Shown here in pieces: positions 37,773 through 51,745 of a stretch of 64,000 bases of DNA. The notes under the pieces were generated by a model. It had not been told where the DNA came from. It was given only the letters and a program-made list of their open reading frames with translations, and did not search any database. The translations under genes and the position numbers were made by a program. Positions within the stretch are counted from its first letter, which is position 1, and each line of letters opens with the position of its first letter. The DNA is from Anthoceros angustus (Eukaryota > Plantae > Anthocerotophyta): positions 620,001-684,000 of the forward strand of contig MU008172.1 in the NCBI GenBank assembly GCA_010909165.1, read 5' to 3'.

Positions 37773-39272
37773 ATGACGCACGCGCACACGGTCAGGCCAA
37801 GGCCCGGAGCTGCTGCTGCTGCTGTTGCTGCTGATCAAGAGAGCGCTCCAGGCCCAGGCCCAGGCCCAGGCCGGCCCCGTCCAGGAGTCCAGGCTCTCGT
37901 GGAGAGAGGAATTCAGATGGTGCCGCAGGCGTACATACGGCCCGTGAACCAGCGGCCTCTGCTGGGACCGAGCCATCCCAATGGCTGCTTCCGGATCACC
38001 ACTGCGGGCAAAATTCCGGTTGTCGACCTGGCCAGGCTCAGCGACAGCGACGGCACCATAGGCCGCAAGCAGACTATGAAGGCCATAGCTCGGGCCTGTG
38101 AGGAGTGGGGCTTCTTTCAGGTGCGCTCCCTGCGATTGTCACCCTTGATTTCAATGCAACCGGTCTGGTAGCGGCAATGTGTGCTCCGGACGTAGACCGA
38201 TCGTACTCTGACAATGCAATGCTGCGGGCTGGCAGGTGATCAACCATGGCATCCCGGATCATGTGCTGGACGACACGCTGGATCTGGCTAAACGCTTCTT
38301 CAGCCTGCCGTTGAGGGAGAAGGCCACGTACAATTCCGGCCCGGGGGCAGATCCGTCTATCCATCCCAGCTCCGGAAGCTTTGGCTCTACCTTTCCTCCG
38401 CCGGAGGATTCGGCTCTGGACTGGAGAGATGTGCTCCAACATTGCTTCATCAACGATGATGCCACAGATGACAAGCGACAGTGGCCGCCCAAGCCACATG
38501 CTTACAAGTAAACACTTTTGCGAGCCAGCGCGCTTCATTCAATTGTGGCCACTCCAAGTCACTGCTCACACCCCTCTCTTGTATCGTGCTTGCAGGCAGA
38601 TCATGCTCAAGTATCGAGAGGCCATACAAGGCTTGGCTGAGCGCCTGCTTGTCACAGTGGCGCAAAATTTGGGCCTCGAGCGGGATCACATCAACCGGAT
38701 TGTAGGCAAGTGCACAAGCCTGGTCAACCTCATACAGTATCCACAATGTCCAGAACCGGAGCTTGTTTTGGGAATGAGAGGTCATTCCGATCCGTCCGTC
38801 ATCTCGCTTCTCCTCCAAGACGAAGTTGGAGGCTTGGAAGTCCGTGCCAAGGACGGCCAGTGGGTGTTGCTGCAACCTATTCCCCGAGCCATTGTCGTGA
38901 ACACTGGCGACATTTTGCAGGTACGGAATCGCGACCCGTGAACTACAGGACGGGAATATTATATGCCAAGTTCTCGTGTTTCAATGCTGGAACTGACCGA
39001 TGCGATCGATGCTGCAAGCGTTGCAGGTGATCAGCAATGGGAGATATCCTAGCGTGGAACATCGTGTCGTGGTGAACGGAATGCAGTCCCGATTGTCTGT
39101 CGCGACATACCACTGTCCACATTCCGATTCCAAAATCGGTCCAGCGCCGGGACTCACGACCGAAGATCAGCCTGCTCGGTACAGAGACTTCTTTTTCTCC
39201 GAGTACGTCTCCGCATTGTACACTCCGCAAGCTACCCGAAATCGATCATTGGAGTCATTCTACATCAAGTAG
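37773..39272 (+). CDS. 2-oxoglutarate/Fe(II)-dependent dioxygenase (DOXC class), 4 exons
   Basis: GVQALVERG...IPVVDL...ACEEWGFFQ|VINHGI; LDWRD; YPQCPEPELVLGMRGHSD (HxD motif); SVEHRVVVN (distal His); RLS (RxS motif). Confidence 0.92.
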
Positions 39273-39779
39273 ATTAGCTAGGCTAGAAACCAGAAACTTC
39301 ACACTGCGGTAGCCTTGGACACCCAAATATGAAATAATAATAGGTGATGCAATTCGGGATCTACCGAAGTGGTTAACACGTTACACTCTGCCATGTTTCC
39401 CTCTCTGACCAGCCTGAGCCCTGGACTGGGACATCTGGCGATCCTGTCGGAGCGATTCGCGGTCACCTGTCAGCATGTGTTTCTCTGAAGAGTCATCACA
39501 ACGCTGCTAGACCTGCCAAAACTGGAGAGTAGTTACTGAAATGGAATTAGCTCACGACACGATGTAACAGTAGCTCCCGTGCAAATGGACAAAGACTATT
39601 CCATCTTCGCTGAAGACCTGGATGCACTGATATCCAGGATCGGGGTGAGCAAAGGCAGGGGATACGTGATGAGTAGCGCCTGCCTGTCAAAGGCTGCTTT
39701 CAATTTCTGCTGGTTCGAATCACTGTTTCAGTCGGATGCGTCCTGTCTGACGCTGAAAAGGTGAGCGCCACCAAATATC

Positions 39780-41147
39780 TCAAAATGCTGCCCAGCCTGA
39801 ATCACCGCCGGCAGACGAACTTCCTTGCTTCCCCGCCGAGGGCAAGGCAAGCTGCACATGAACGGAAAGTTAACGTCGGGAAAAGAAAAAAACAGGGCTG
39901 CTTCAGAAGGTAGTAGCTACAGGAACCCCAGCGAACAGCATTGCGTACCTCTAGTTGACTCAAATCTGCAAAAGGATCACCAGTTGGCCTCCCAGGTTCT
40001 TTCCCAGGCACCGAGGTGGAAGCACCAGGCTTGAGAGAGCCGACACTGCTCTTTGCAAGCGCAGGTATTGCTGTTGTACTGGTTCTCGTTGGTTTAGTAT
40101 CATTCGGCGGTGGCGGTAAAGGTGCCCGAATCCTGCCACCACCAGGAGGTGGCGCCAATGGAGCCTTCATGCGACCTGTAGCAGCAATGCCCGTAGCACC
40201 TCCCCCAGTAGTAGCACTTGAGATCATTCCTGATCCTGCCACAGGCTTAGTTTTCACATTTATCCGGATAGTCTGACCCTCCTGAGAGCACAACAGGTAG
40301 GAGGAGCACCATGTTAGACACAGTAATAAAATCACACAACAACTCTCACCTGTCAGTATCAAGCAAACAAACAAACGTCCCTGCGGATGCCCATTGAAGG
40401 CGACAAGCTCACTATGTCATTCGAACACTCAGATTCACCTGACTGCGCTGACTATCTCGCATTACCCCTGCATTGCACCGACAACGTGTCTGATAGGCGA
40501 GACCATTGCACTAACCAACTGAAACCAAACAAATCTTTTACACGAGAAGCCCACCAAACCCCTGGGGCTCCCACAAGCAACATCTCACAAACAATGTGTA
40601 TCATCATGGCAATCAAACATTGTATCACATCGACCACATGCCAATAGCTTGCATTCGACTTCACCTTCAAACGGAGATCCAAGGACGGCTGCTGCGGTAG
40701 GCTGCTGTCGTCATCAACTCCACCCTGCTCCTTTTCTAGCTCCCTCTTCACATATTTCTCATGATCAGAAAGCGCAACGTTGAAATCGAACGCCTCATTC
40801 CTCTCTGTGAACCCTAACCCAATGAAGGCATGCTTCCCTCTGCCGTCTTCAATTCTCAGAACGAAATACCGCGACGAATCCGTCACACTTTCGACACAAG
40901 CATCTCTCTTCCCAGGGAGCACATTGCAGCCGGCAAACAGCTCTCCCGTGTTGGAATCCTCCAATTTAATCTCACACTTGTCCCTGAAAGAAAGAACTCT
41001 CAGCCTTCCGGTCCAGATCTTGTCAGACTGAAGCCACTCGGCACACTTGTAGCCACCACTGGTCCCCCGAGGCGGAATTTTGTACACCGACACTTCTCTG
41101 ACGACCAAAAGAGTCTGCTCAAAGGAATCCTCATCGTCATATGACAT
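39780..41147 (-). CDS. NECAP-like adaptin ear-binding coat-associated protein (DUF1681, PH-like domain)
   Basis: FEQTLLVVREVSVYKIPPR...WTGRLRV...VESVTDSSRYFVLRIEDGRGKHAFIGLGFTERNEAFDFNVAL, then LDLRLK|EGQTIRINVK. The last exon ends in the WxxF motif GWAAF*. Confidence 0.93.
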
Positions 41148-41687
41148 TATGAGCAGAACAAGCAGGGCAAAACCCGGAACTGCCTGGGACTATCAGAACT
41201 TCGAAATCCCTCTCCACCAGAGATCAAATCCGCACACAATTACCAATTACCCTCTTCTCCACCTCCACAAAACCCCACGCAACTGTCAGAGGGGCAGCTA
41301 GGCTGGCCACAATCCTCCGTCTCCGTACGCCAATCACCAGCTCCTCGACTCAGCAACACAGATCAGCCACTGCAGAGGGAGAAGAACGGCACCATGACCA
41401 GAAAAACTCCGGGATCTAGCCCCCTCAAGCTCCCACTCTCAGATCACAAGATTCGTACAAGGAAGCAACAGTTCCGATGTAATTCTCCCTGTCATTCGCC
41501 ACCTCCCACACTCTTTGAGCACCTCACAGCATTGCGCAGAGCCGACGGCAACAGACGGTCAGGTCAGATGGATCCAGAGCACAAAGCCAAACCAGTCCGC
41601 GAGCAACTTGCAAGCGGTGTAAGGACACCCAGTTTTACTGATGCCATTTTGTTTGATTAAACGATAAGTGAAAATATTCAGCTCTCG

Positions 41688-41712
41688 GGGTTTAGGGTTT
41701 ACTGCTAGGGTT
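41688..41712. promoter_or_regulatory. Telo-box-like motifs in the NECAP/RlmN divergent promoter
   Basis: GGGTTTAGGGTTT...CTAGGGTT contains the reverse complement of AAACCCTA. Telo-boxes are common upstream of plant translation and RNA-processing genes. Confidence 0.4.
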
Positions 41713-41818
41713 GGGTAAAGCTTTGTGCACTGCTGAATTTGTGACGTGAAATGCTGCAGAAACAGCAAGGCGAAAATGGTGCTGTCGTAGATGGTTCTAC
41801 CTGCATCGTCTCGTCAGG

Positions 41819-44262
41819 ATGCAGACTGGGTTGTGCGGACCTGCCTGGCGGTCGTCTCTGCACGCTGCGTCTCATTACTCGCATCAGAGCTCTGCAGCAG
41901 TGCTCACTTCCGTGGTTGCCTCGCGCATTGCCAGCTCGCGTCATGTGTCAACATCTTCCTCTAATTCCCTCTTGGTCGGGCATCATATAAGACTGCACTG
42001 GGCTAGCGCTAGTTTCGCTGCGGGGCCTTCCCTGGAATCTTCTGGGATAGCCCGCAATCCTATGGTTGTCAGGGCTGCAGCATCTCTGGCTGAAGCAGAT
42101 GGGTTAGAGCAGGTTGATTTTACTGCAGATTCTGCGGAGCAAAGTTTCGAGACAGCTCAATCCGGGTCGCAACCTGCTGGTTCGCAAGTCCTGTTGTGCA
42201 AGACAGAGGCAGAGTTAGAGGAGATTGCAGTGTCACTGGGGGAGGTACTGTACTTGGTGGAGCCCTACCTTGGTCGGCTTAAACGTCCAGCTTTTGGTTC
42301 TAAGCATTGGCTATTGCTCAAATTGCAGAGGAAGTTCAGGGGTAGACAGCTATATGAAGCCTTGTATAAAACAAAAAAGAGGAACATTGAGGACATACTG
42401 CATTGTGAGTGCCGAATCTTACCTCATTGTCAAATGAATTTCAGAAACTCTCATTTTGCAGATACCGCGCTGATATGAAGTAGTTGAGTCGCGACGTTTG
42501 TGGGAAGCTTACAGGCCAACTTTTTGATGTGATCAGTACCGAAGCAATTCAGGGAGGATCTTGTTTCTGCAGGATGGAAAACAGGACGTTCTCTTGTTCA
42601 TCATGTCTCAACGGCTTCTGATGGAACCATCAAGGTATCCTGTTAGCTGGATGCGCTGGCTCGTGGATGATGCAACACGATGTCTCACTCTGTTTCCTGA
42701 GCTTTACTGCATACATGCCAACCGTTGCGAGCCCATTCCCTTGGGAACTTATGCAGGTTCTTCTCAGACTGGAGGATAACAGATTGGTGGAAACTGTTGG
42801 AATACCGGTTGAAGAAAGGCGAGGAACAAACCGACTCACTGCTTGTGTGTCTTCCCAGGTGGGACTGTGTCTGATCATACTATCCGACGTGTGTTGAGGC
42901 TATCACATAGGACGTACCTGACCGTGAACGGATGGTTCACCTTTGCAGGTTGGATGTGCGTTGCGCTGTTCATTTTGTGCTACGGGCAAGGGTGGATTTT
43001 CGCGGAATCTGAAACCTCATGAAATTGTAGAACAGGTGAGGCTATCTATAGTAACGTGGTTCTGAGAAGCAGAGCAATTGAGCGGGGTATTGAAGGCTTT
43101 GGTCCCTGTGTTGTTTCCTGTAGGTGCTGATAATAGAGGAGCTTTTCAAGCACAGGGTTACAAATGTTGTCTTCATGGGGATGGGGGAACCTCTGCTCAA
43201 TCTACAGTCTCTACTGGCTGCACACCGTGTATTGAATAAGGTAGATAATTTCGGGATCCTTGTTTAGCAGGATGACAGGGGGTGAATTGCTTGTTCGATA
43301 ACATGGCCTAACTATCATCCTAGATAGGCTTTAACTATTGGAAACCAAAAACGATTGTTTCCGTGCATAATCCTGAGATTACACTGTCTGTTCCCACATG
43401 CGGAGCTGTTGGTATCATGTGCATCTGTGAAGGTTTTGTGGTGATTGCAGAGCATCCCCTTACATATCTTTCCACCTGTGTGGTGCAGGATTTGGAGATA
43501 GGGCAGCGGATGATGACAATATCCACTGTTGGAGTCCCCAATACAATTGCCAGGCTTGCTACTCACAAACTGCAATCTACGTTAGCCGTGAGGTCTGCCT
43601 CCCTCTTCATCTTGCAGGTTGTCGGTTCAGAAGTAAAGCTTGCGAATCCTGCTAAAAGTTCAAGTTTTTGTCCCGGCTGGTGACAGCTTGCATGCCCCAA
43701 ACCAGATGTTGCGGAAACAAATCGTCCCAAGTGCATCAGGCTATCCTCTTGAAGCCCTCATGGAGGACTGCAAAAAATATTTCGATGCAACAGGGCGACG
43801 CGTTTCATTTGAGTACACTCTTCTAGGTAAGGCTACAGAAGCTTGCTCAAGGTGCTTGATATCTTATGTTGACATCTGAACTAACGTGAAGACTTATGCT
43901 TGCAGCTGGAGTGAATGATCAGCCTGAGCATGCCAATGAGCTGGCTGACCTGTTGCATCACTGGGGCTTGGCTCGCCATGTGAATCTCATTCCTTACAAT
44001 CCGATAGCAGACTCTGATTTCAAGCGTCCAACGAGAGCTGCAGTAAGTTTGCAAAATCTCAAGGCACCCGTGACTTGCACGAGTTTCCAGTTCCCGAAAT
44101 GTATTTTAACCGTCATGTTGCCTGCAGATCATGGCTTTCGTGGATGCATTGAGCAAGCGAAGGGTAACGTCAAGTACCAGGCAGACGCGGGGTCTGGAGG
44201 CCAACGCCGCGTGTGGTCAGTTACGGAACGAATATCAGAAAACGCCGCTAGTTATGGCTTGA
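41819..44262 (+). CDS. Radical SAM dual-specificity RNA methyltransferase RlmN-like, probably plastid-targeted
   Basis: Transit-peptide-like N-terminus; [11 protein letters not shown]; RLTACVSSQ|[13 protein letters not shown] (CxxxCxxC); [10 protein letters not shown]; SLHAPNQ; HVNLIPYNP; ANAACGQL. Confidence 0.92.
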
Positions 44263-44568
44263 ACTTGAATGCTTAGTGCGATGTATGTGATGGGCCTATC
44301 CCCATCCACCCCCCAGGGCCCCTCACAGCTCGTAGAGGAAAAGGCCTGCGCAGTGACGACGTAAACGAAACTACGGTCCCGCAGTCCCGCGACGCCGAGA
44401 CAAGGACACGGCGCTATGTGACCGCGAAGGATGACCGGGTTCAGATGCTGAACGGGTTCCTTCCAACACGAATTTCATGATAATGTATTTGGCGCATGCT
44501 ATGCCCGGGGTCTATGCATGGTCTAGGCGACATTCGGCCTTCTATCCACTTCTGCATGGACCCACCTT

Positions 44569-44659
44569 AAGGAAATAGGTTGTTAACTCTTATGCTGCCG
44601 AGAGACGGGCATGTCTAGTCTAGCTTGCGGGTAGAATGGCGTTAACAACCTATTTCCTT
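44569..44659. repeat. Short hairpin with perfect 19-bp inverted arms
   Basis: AAGGAAATAGGTTGTTAAC (44569-44587) and GTTAACAACCTATTTCCTT (44641-44659), with a partly self-complementary interior. Confidence 0.75.
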
Positions 44660-45249
44660 TTACACAGAAGTAGAAAAATTTCTTATGTTTAAGAAATTCA
44701 GGTTTTGTTTTATTTCATAATTCTGAACTTGAATGAATACCATATAACTTCTGCGTACATATGGAATACCGTTCTCATCATGGGCCATCGTGTGTGTGAC
44801 ATTGTTTTTTTCGGGTGTACCGTACTCAAATATGCCACAGCATCTTCAAGATTCTTTCACATAATATACATATAATACGTGCCATATCAGCATGGGTTAC
44901 GATCACTACACATACATGTTTACACGAGGTAGTGCACACATATACAGTTCATTTCGGCACATTCGGCCCTGCTCCTGGCGTTTATGACATTATATAATGT
45001 CGTCAATGATACGTGAGTGCGGAGGCGCGTGCATCGCCGAGTACCGCAGAGTGGATGCAGTGCCACGCCATGGGCGTCGGCAGGGATCAGCTTGTTCTGT
45101 GATGTGGTGCAGTAGGCCTTTTGAATTACATCTTGTGCACTGCAGGCCTTTTTGAGTGCAAGCCTTGTATTTGTACGATTGTTTTCATAGAAGCCCGTCT
45201 TGGTCCTTCTGGTACAAGGGTACTTAGTGCTATATGAAACTGCACCCCT

Positions 45250-45600
45250 ATAGCCAGCAGTAAACGCTGCAACCTTGTCGCCAGCAGCAAACGCTGCAGC
45301 CTTGTAGGTAGGGATAAATGCACTTAAACGTGCAGCAAACGCAAATGCTGAGCGCAGTGCAAACACAAACGCACAGCCACACAACAGATACACAATGCAA
45401 TGGTCTAGAGCAAACGCACACAAATGCCCATCATAAGGGTGAACCCTAAACCCTAACCACAAGTGGGTAAGAAAAAAATAGTTTGAGTGCATCATTTGCT
45501 TGACGAGATGATACATCCGGGGGCCGTAGCGAACGCCGATGTGGTCATGCGAGACAAAAAGAAATAGTCCCTACGTATGCGGCGGGACTATTTCTTTATG
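45250..45600. repeat. Short-repeat-rich tract with telomere-like repeats and a terminal hairpin (probable non-autonomous transposon remnant)
   Basis: Repeated AAACGC(T/A) motifs; GAACCCTAAACCCTAACC near 45441; a 14-bp inverted repeat AAAGAAATAGTCCC/GGGACTATTTCTTT at 45558-45597. Confidence 0.45.
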
Positions 45601-45961
45601 TACACAACCCTAAAAATATATGGATGGCCTGTCACGAGATCGACATTCGTACATGTTTTGACTGCAACTTTCTTACCTTTTTGTATATTATGTTCATATA
45701 GTTTATTTCGTTTAAGCTCTAGACGAGATAAATACAATCAAATAGTAATTATTTATACTTTTTTATTATTAGTTTTTGGGATTTGGGACCTATTTTTGTA
45801 TGGCTGCTTGTGGAGAGAGGAAACATCTCCACTACATAGACCACTCCATAGATAGTTGGTCGTCAAGAACCGACGGTCCCGAGAAGTGTGTAGCCGGTCG
45901 CAAAGACAGCGAGAGGAGGTATGTGCCTAAGCTGTCGAAATGGAGTTCGACAAGTAATAAG

Positions 45962-47901
45962 TTACTCCTCGCTATTCAATGCTATCTGCCTATCTAAGTC
46001 CAATGTCATATCCACCCCGGGTACTGCTCCTGGCGTAAAAACGAGAGGATATGGAACCCCTAGCCCTGTGCAAACGGCCCGAATAATCTCAGAGGCCACT
46101 TCTCCCACGTCCAGCTCGTTTATCGTGATAGCAATGGAATAGTTGTGTACTGGATCGCAAATGGCTGTGCTGCCCCCCAGTCCTGAATGACCAAACGGCA
46201 AGACCTCAGCCTCGCTTTGTGATTCGTCCCAGGGAAGTACGTACAAACCAAGTCCGAAGACCCCCCCTGGCAGCACATGCCGGCTGTACTCCCCCCTGCC
46301 CACAATTGCTCGCAAGAACTTCGGGCTGGTAAACAGCGGACTGTCGTTTTGGTTCTTGTCGCCGTTTGCACGGAGCGGTGAGTTGCTTTCATCAACGGCT
46401 GAAGGTACCTGCGGGTGGCTGCCCAAAGGTGGCTCGGTTGTTGATGACGATTCTGGAATTTTACCCCCAGCAGCCAGCATCGCATAGTACCTAGCTAGTG
46501 CTCTGGCAGAGAAGTGACCATTGGCAGCTGGCACAACTCCTCGTCGTATTTTCAGATCATTGAACAGCGTTTCGGCGGTAGCGATGATGTCGCCCACAGG
46601 TCCTGCAACATCGGGATGTCGCAGCACCGCTTTCAGACCTTCATTGACAATGCTGATCGATGCCAAACGTGATTCCACACCTGCAGGAAACATAAAACGA
46701 TGAAGAGTTAGTTGCAGAGCTTACGAAGCATCACAAGTGTGCCCCATAGAACGGGAGTTACCGTGTGGTATGCCTACGTAGGCTTCCCCAGTTATCCCCA
46801 GCGGCTTCGTGAAAGTCTCCTCCAGGAAATCTTGAAACGACTTCTTGGATACCCTCTGAATTTCACGGGCAAATTATGTCAATCCATGAATCCACAAGCA
46901 GAATCCATCATCAGCCAAATGGAAATATCAGGTGGCTCTTATACCTCGATGATAGCCCCACAGAGCCAGCCAAACGACATGGAATGATAAACTTGTGCAC
47001 GGCCAGGTGGGATTGCTGGTTTCGCTGCCGCAGTACGACTCACACATTCTTCAAAATTGCTCATCAGATACGGATCTTCCCTCATATCTTCTGCGAGAGC
47101 AGTCCATAAACCCGCTGTGTGATTCAGAACATGTGCAACCTGCATCACACAATCAACTTGCCTCAGCCCCGAAATTGACTGAATGGGAAAGCATTAGTAT
47201 GAGAAACAACTCCAGCATTTTCACATACCGTTATCTTCTCCTTTCCGTTCACTCCAAACTCTGGCCACACGTCAACCACCTTATCATCGAAATTCAAAGC
47301 CCTTGAGAAACAGAGGTGCACCTATCAGGAAAGAGCCATCAATTGACCAGCAAATTTCAATTCATTGAAGAAAAAATGAGCTTACCCGTGATCCACGAGC
47401 CAGTGCACAAGTCCAGCCACCAGACCTTTTGTTGTAGAGAAGACTGGAAACAAACTATCAGGTCGGACCGGCCTAGGGTCCGACTTGCTCAGAACTCCGG
47501 CAGCTGTGTCAACAACCACTTTCCCATCCTTATAGACACATACCTACAGATCGACATGAAAGCCTTCAACTTCCTATAAGTACACGAGTCGAAGAAACAA
47601 AAAATCACACGAAAAAAAGGGCATGCATGATTCGGGAATTCGTGAATCCCAAATGAATATACAGCAGCATTCAACCTGAATGCCCAAGACTCGTTGCTGA
47701 CGAGCCAGATCCACCAAAAGTGCACGGACTTTTTCCTCGACTTCTGAAATGGCTGGTGTATCAAATTGAAGGATACTGCTGGAACAGGAGGCTGATGAGA
47801 AACTGAAGCTTTTGAAGCTCCTTCACGCCTGCACTGGAGCAAAATCGGCCTCTCCACCAGCTTACGTACCTTGTCACAGCAACCTTTGCGGATGAACTCA
47901 T
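45962..47901 (-). CDS. Stand-alone beta-lactamase-family serine hydrolase (paralog of the ABC1K C-terminal domain)
   Basis: Exons splice in frame to MSSSAKVAVTS|ILQFDTPAISEVEEKVRALL...GIQ|VCVYKDGKVVVD...FPVFSTTK (SxxK)...|VAHVLNHTAGL...VYHSMSFGWL...PAANGHFSARALARYY...FGHSGLGGS. Intron positions match 54470-56750. The start codon is inferred. Confidence 0.78.
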
Positions 47902-48514
47902 GATGTGAAGATTCGCAATTTGACACCTTTGCCCCGCAGATCGACAGACCTGGACCAAACGTGACAAGTAGTAGGCGGAACTGTCTGCCAACCTTCCGGG
48001 CACCGCACAGCTATCCAATCCTTCCAGGCAGTGTCACTGTCCAGGCCGTAGTGCTTCCGTCTCCATACATAACCTTCAGACCAATCTTCACCCTCCATGT
48101 TATAGTCGGCAAACAACACATGAAAAAATGCATGCCGTCCGCCCGCCGGCATCGACTGGCGCACATTGCGGACAGATACGAGGACATGACGACAACGGAG
48201 AGGTTCCAAGTGGTTTCGGAACTGGAGCTCAAAACGTACTGTTGCAAACCGTTTCGCCAGACTCTCAAGAGGAATTGGACCGGCACGAGTAGTACGTCTA
48301 CGGGGCCGGCCGTTCAAGTCCTCAACTCCTGTTGATGCTGTTGATTCTGGCGCTGTCCGGTTATCTGGACCCTAACCAACTGAGCGAGTTTGAAAACTGG
48401 GATCCAAACCTGCCTCCTCTGCCCATCTGCTTCACATGTATGACGAGACGCAGAGCCTCCCTTGAGCAAGTAAGGTAGCACATAATAAGGCGTTTTCTAC
48501 TTATGATCCACTGG

Positions 48515-51065
48515 TCAGACGTCTATCAGTTCCTTCAGTTCCTTGCACCCGTCCCCAACTTGGGGTTGGAGAGCCTGGACATCCAGCTCTGCGAATCTAA
48601 GCAGGAGTTCGTTTTGCATTCGCTCCACCACAAACCTCTCCTTCTCAGTTATGATGCTCGTAACAGTCCCTGGCTTCTCTTCGATGGGCATGCGGCCGGT
48701 TCGCCCCGCTCTGTGCACGTAGTCTGTAACGTTTGCTGGAAGATCCACGTTGTAAATGTGGCTCACTTCTGGTAAATCTAGGCCCCTAGCTGCTATGTCC
48801 GTAGCCACTAAAACACATCTGCCTTCTCTGAATTCCTGCACCACAGAAAGGCGGGTTTGTATAACCTTGTCCGAAGAAAAGGAGGTTCTTCATTACATGA
48901 TAGGAGCGGGTATAGATCTTACCGCTAAACTGAATGTACGAGCATTTATGTTAGCCTCTTCCTCCAGCACTACAGGCTCCCATTTGTCCGCATCAGTGCG
49001 CCCACTGGTTGCCTCCGATAAGAAATGCTGAACAGCAGCAGTCATTGGCAGATCCCCAGATCTTCTTGCCTTCTCGGACTGACGAAATTTGTTACAGAAT
49101 ACAATGGGACTGTAAGTGAGAGATCTGAAAAAGCATGCATGTTTGGGGTTTAGTAGGGCTCTAATCAGCACACCTGTTCGTTAACAAAAACAATGGCTGC
49201 TGTGGGTGCATCAGCAGCAAGCAGTGCAAGAAGAGCATCCAGCTTGGCCTCTTTGGTTGTAACCTGAAAATAAGCAACACTTGTGAGACAACCCGACTGA
49301 GCAAACAAGGACCAAAGAACTTAGAAGCGACAAAAGGCCAATACCAGGAATCTGTGCTTAAGATATGTTGGGATCTTTATCTCAGGAGATACATGAATGT
49401 GGATAAGATCTCCCTGGGACCAAATGCATGACACAGATAGGTGAGGTCTCCATTAATCCTGACGGAAGGTGAGGTCCACAATATGACTCTAAAGCTGCAG
49501 CCGTAAGACACGAGGAAAATTGAGATACCTTAGTCCACTTGTTTTGTATGCAGTCTTTGACAAAGCGGTTGTGCTGAGGAACCGTAGCACTGGCAAACAT
49601 GGTCTGCCGTTTCTGTGGCAAGGTGTGAACAGTCAACAGCTTCCCAAGAAGCTGGCCATCTTTTGCAGCACCTATCATGGCATCCACCTACCCAGAACAT
49701 TTCTCTCAGAAAGGACAGGGGTTCACAGTCAAACCAAAATCTGATCACCTGTGTCAAATATGAAGCCAATATGGAGCGGGAGGAATCACCTCATCAATGA
49801 CAACAAATGACACTGCACTAGTACGCAGTGCCTCAATGGCAATCATGCGAGAAATGGCTGGTAGTGTTCCAACAATAAGTTGGGGAGGATCGGCCTGCAA
49901 TACAACCGCAGAGATTAGAGTAATGACAATGAAGCATTTCGAAAGCTTGAGATGAACCCTAAAGGATTCTGAAAGGTCACATAGGCAGCTGAGAAAACAA
50001 AGCATTGTAGTGAACAAACCTTTAGCCAAGTTTTCTGCCGACTAGTAGAGCCCCCATCCAACAAGGCCATCACACTGACGACACTTTTATCCTTCTTCTC
50101 TGCAGGCCTGCCTGCAAGCTCTCCTGCTCCTCTACCTGCCAGCAGTCTTGCTACCTTAGCAACCTGCGTCACTTCACTCATGAACAGTGGTCATGCACTG
50201 CCAGGAAAACAAAAGGCATTGAAGACAAGCATCCAACACTACGAGGTGAATTACTCTCTCACAACTCATGAAATTGATTCGAACATACCTGCATCCCTAG
50301 CTCTCTGGTGGGAACGACCACCAAAGCTTGGACTGCAGCTCGGCTGGGGTTGATTTTCGAGAGGATAGGCAGCAGATATGCAAATGTCTTCCCGGAACCT
50401 GTCTGCACATGCAGAACTGACGTTAGAATGATGCTGTCGTTAGAACGATGACATCCAGCAATCATTCCTTGCAAGTCAGCTAAGGCACTGGCAGGAAGAT
50501 AATGTGGAGCCCCTGCTCGACATCGAGCAATTCGGACCTGTGCATGAATTATGCAATCTCGGCCAGAGAGTAGAACAGGAAGCACTTCACGTTGAACAGG
50601 AGTGGGGTACTTATATCCCACTTCTTCTGCCCTGTTAGACCACGGTTGAAAGCAACAGTCTCAGAGAGATGTATGCAAACCCTGCCACAACCAGAGATAC
50701 CCGACAGACACGCAGAGTGAATCCACCCAACCCCGCAGTGGACAGTACAACTCAGCAATCTGGGGAAAAGAGCTTCCAAGGACCAAACCAGAAACTGACC
50801 TGCGCAACAGACCCTGTGGGACTTGATCAGAGTATAAATCCGTCAGCGTCATTGGACCTGCGGTTGCCCTAGGCAAGCTCAAAACCTTCCACCGTCGCAG
50901 GCAGCCCATAGTAGAGCTGGACTTGCCAGCTTTGAGAGCCACTCCATTGAAACTGGAGACCCAAGGTTTGATCGAGCTGCTGCAGAACCCAAATGAGGCC
51001 GGCGTGCAATGGAGCCCTCCCACATGCACCCCTGGTCTCGTTCCAGCGAATGCCGGACTACACAT
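48515..51065 (-). CDS. RH58: DEAD-box RNA helicase 58-like, chloroplastic
   Basis: Transit peptide; Q motif [14 protein letters not shown]; HAQ|TGSGKT; [10 protein letters not shown]; MALLDGG; VIDE|VD; FASAT; [11 protein letters not shown]; [10 protein letters not shown]. The layout matches plant RH58. Confidence 0.88.
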
Positions 51066-51745
51066 GATTCGCTACTTGGAGAAATTCATACACTCTAAGA
51101 CAAGCATGCTGGCAAGAAGGCGCTTCCTGATTGTCCGCAGTGGGTTCTCTGCTAAAAAAGCCATGCCTCCTATTCCAGTTTACCTCTGCTTGCCTTGAGT
51201 AACTGCAGTTGTAGTTTTGAGAAAGGAGCCACAATTTTTGTCCGGCTCATCACAAACCATACATAGCTACACATACTGTGCCATATATACGACCATTCGA
51301 AACGTGGCATGCCGCGGAAGACGGGACGCTCTTGTGTGTGAAGGACATACGTACTACACGCCGATGACCAATCACATCGCCCTCACGAATCCTGATTTGC
51401 CTCGCCGCCATTCACCACGATTTATTAGATCGACACTTATAGAAGGCTGTATACATTTGAGGTGGCTGTGAGGAAATTATGCCGTCATGCCAAGGTCAGT
51501 GGGTGGCATCCGCCGTTCCCTTAGCCTCCAAGCGAGACGGGAAAGGAATTTACCCGGAAAGCACGTACCGGGAGGTGCGTTGCTGCCTGGACACAAGCCA
51601 GGAAGGGGGCTTTTAGCTGGCAAAGCATGACTTGCAATTGGATGGGAGTCCTAATATCAGAAAACATAAACGTTGGCATTTGTAATACAGCAATTGGCTT
51701 CGGAATTCTCTTCAGCCTGACCGTGTGAAGCGTAGCTCCGTGAGC

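Noticed and set aside
44920-45516. 198-aa minus-strand ORF with AAFAAG repeats
   Set aside because: It arises from short DNA repeats in a probable transposon remnant and has no recognisable domain.
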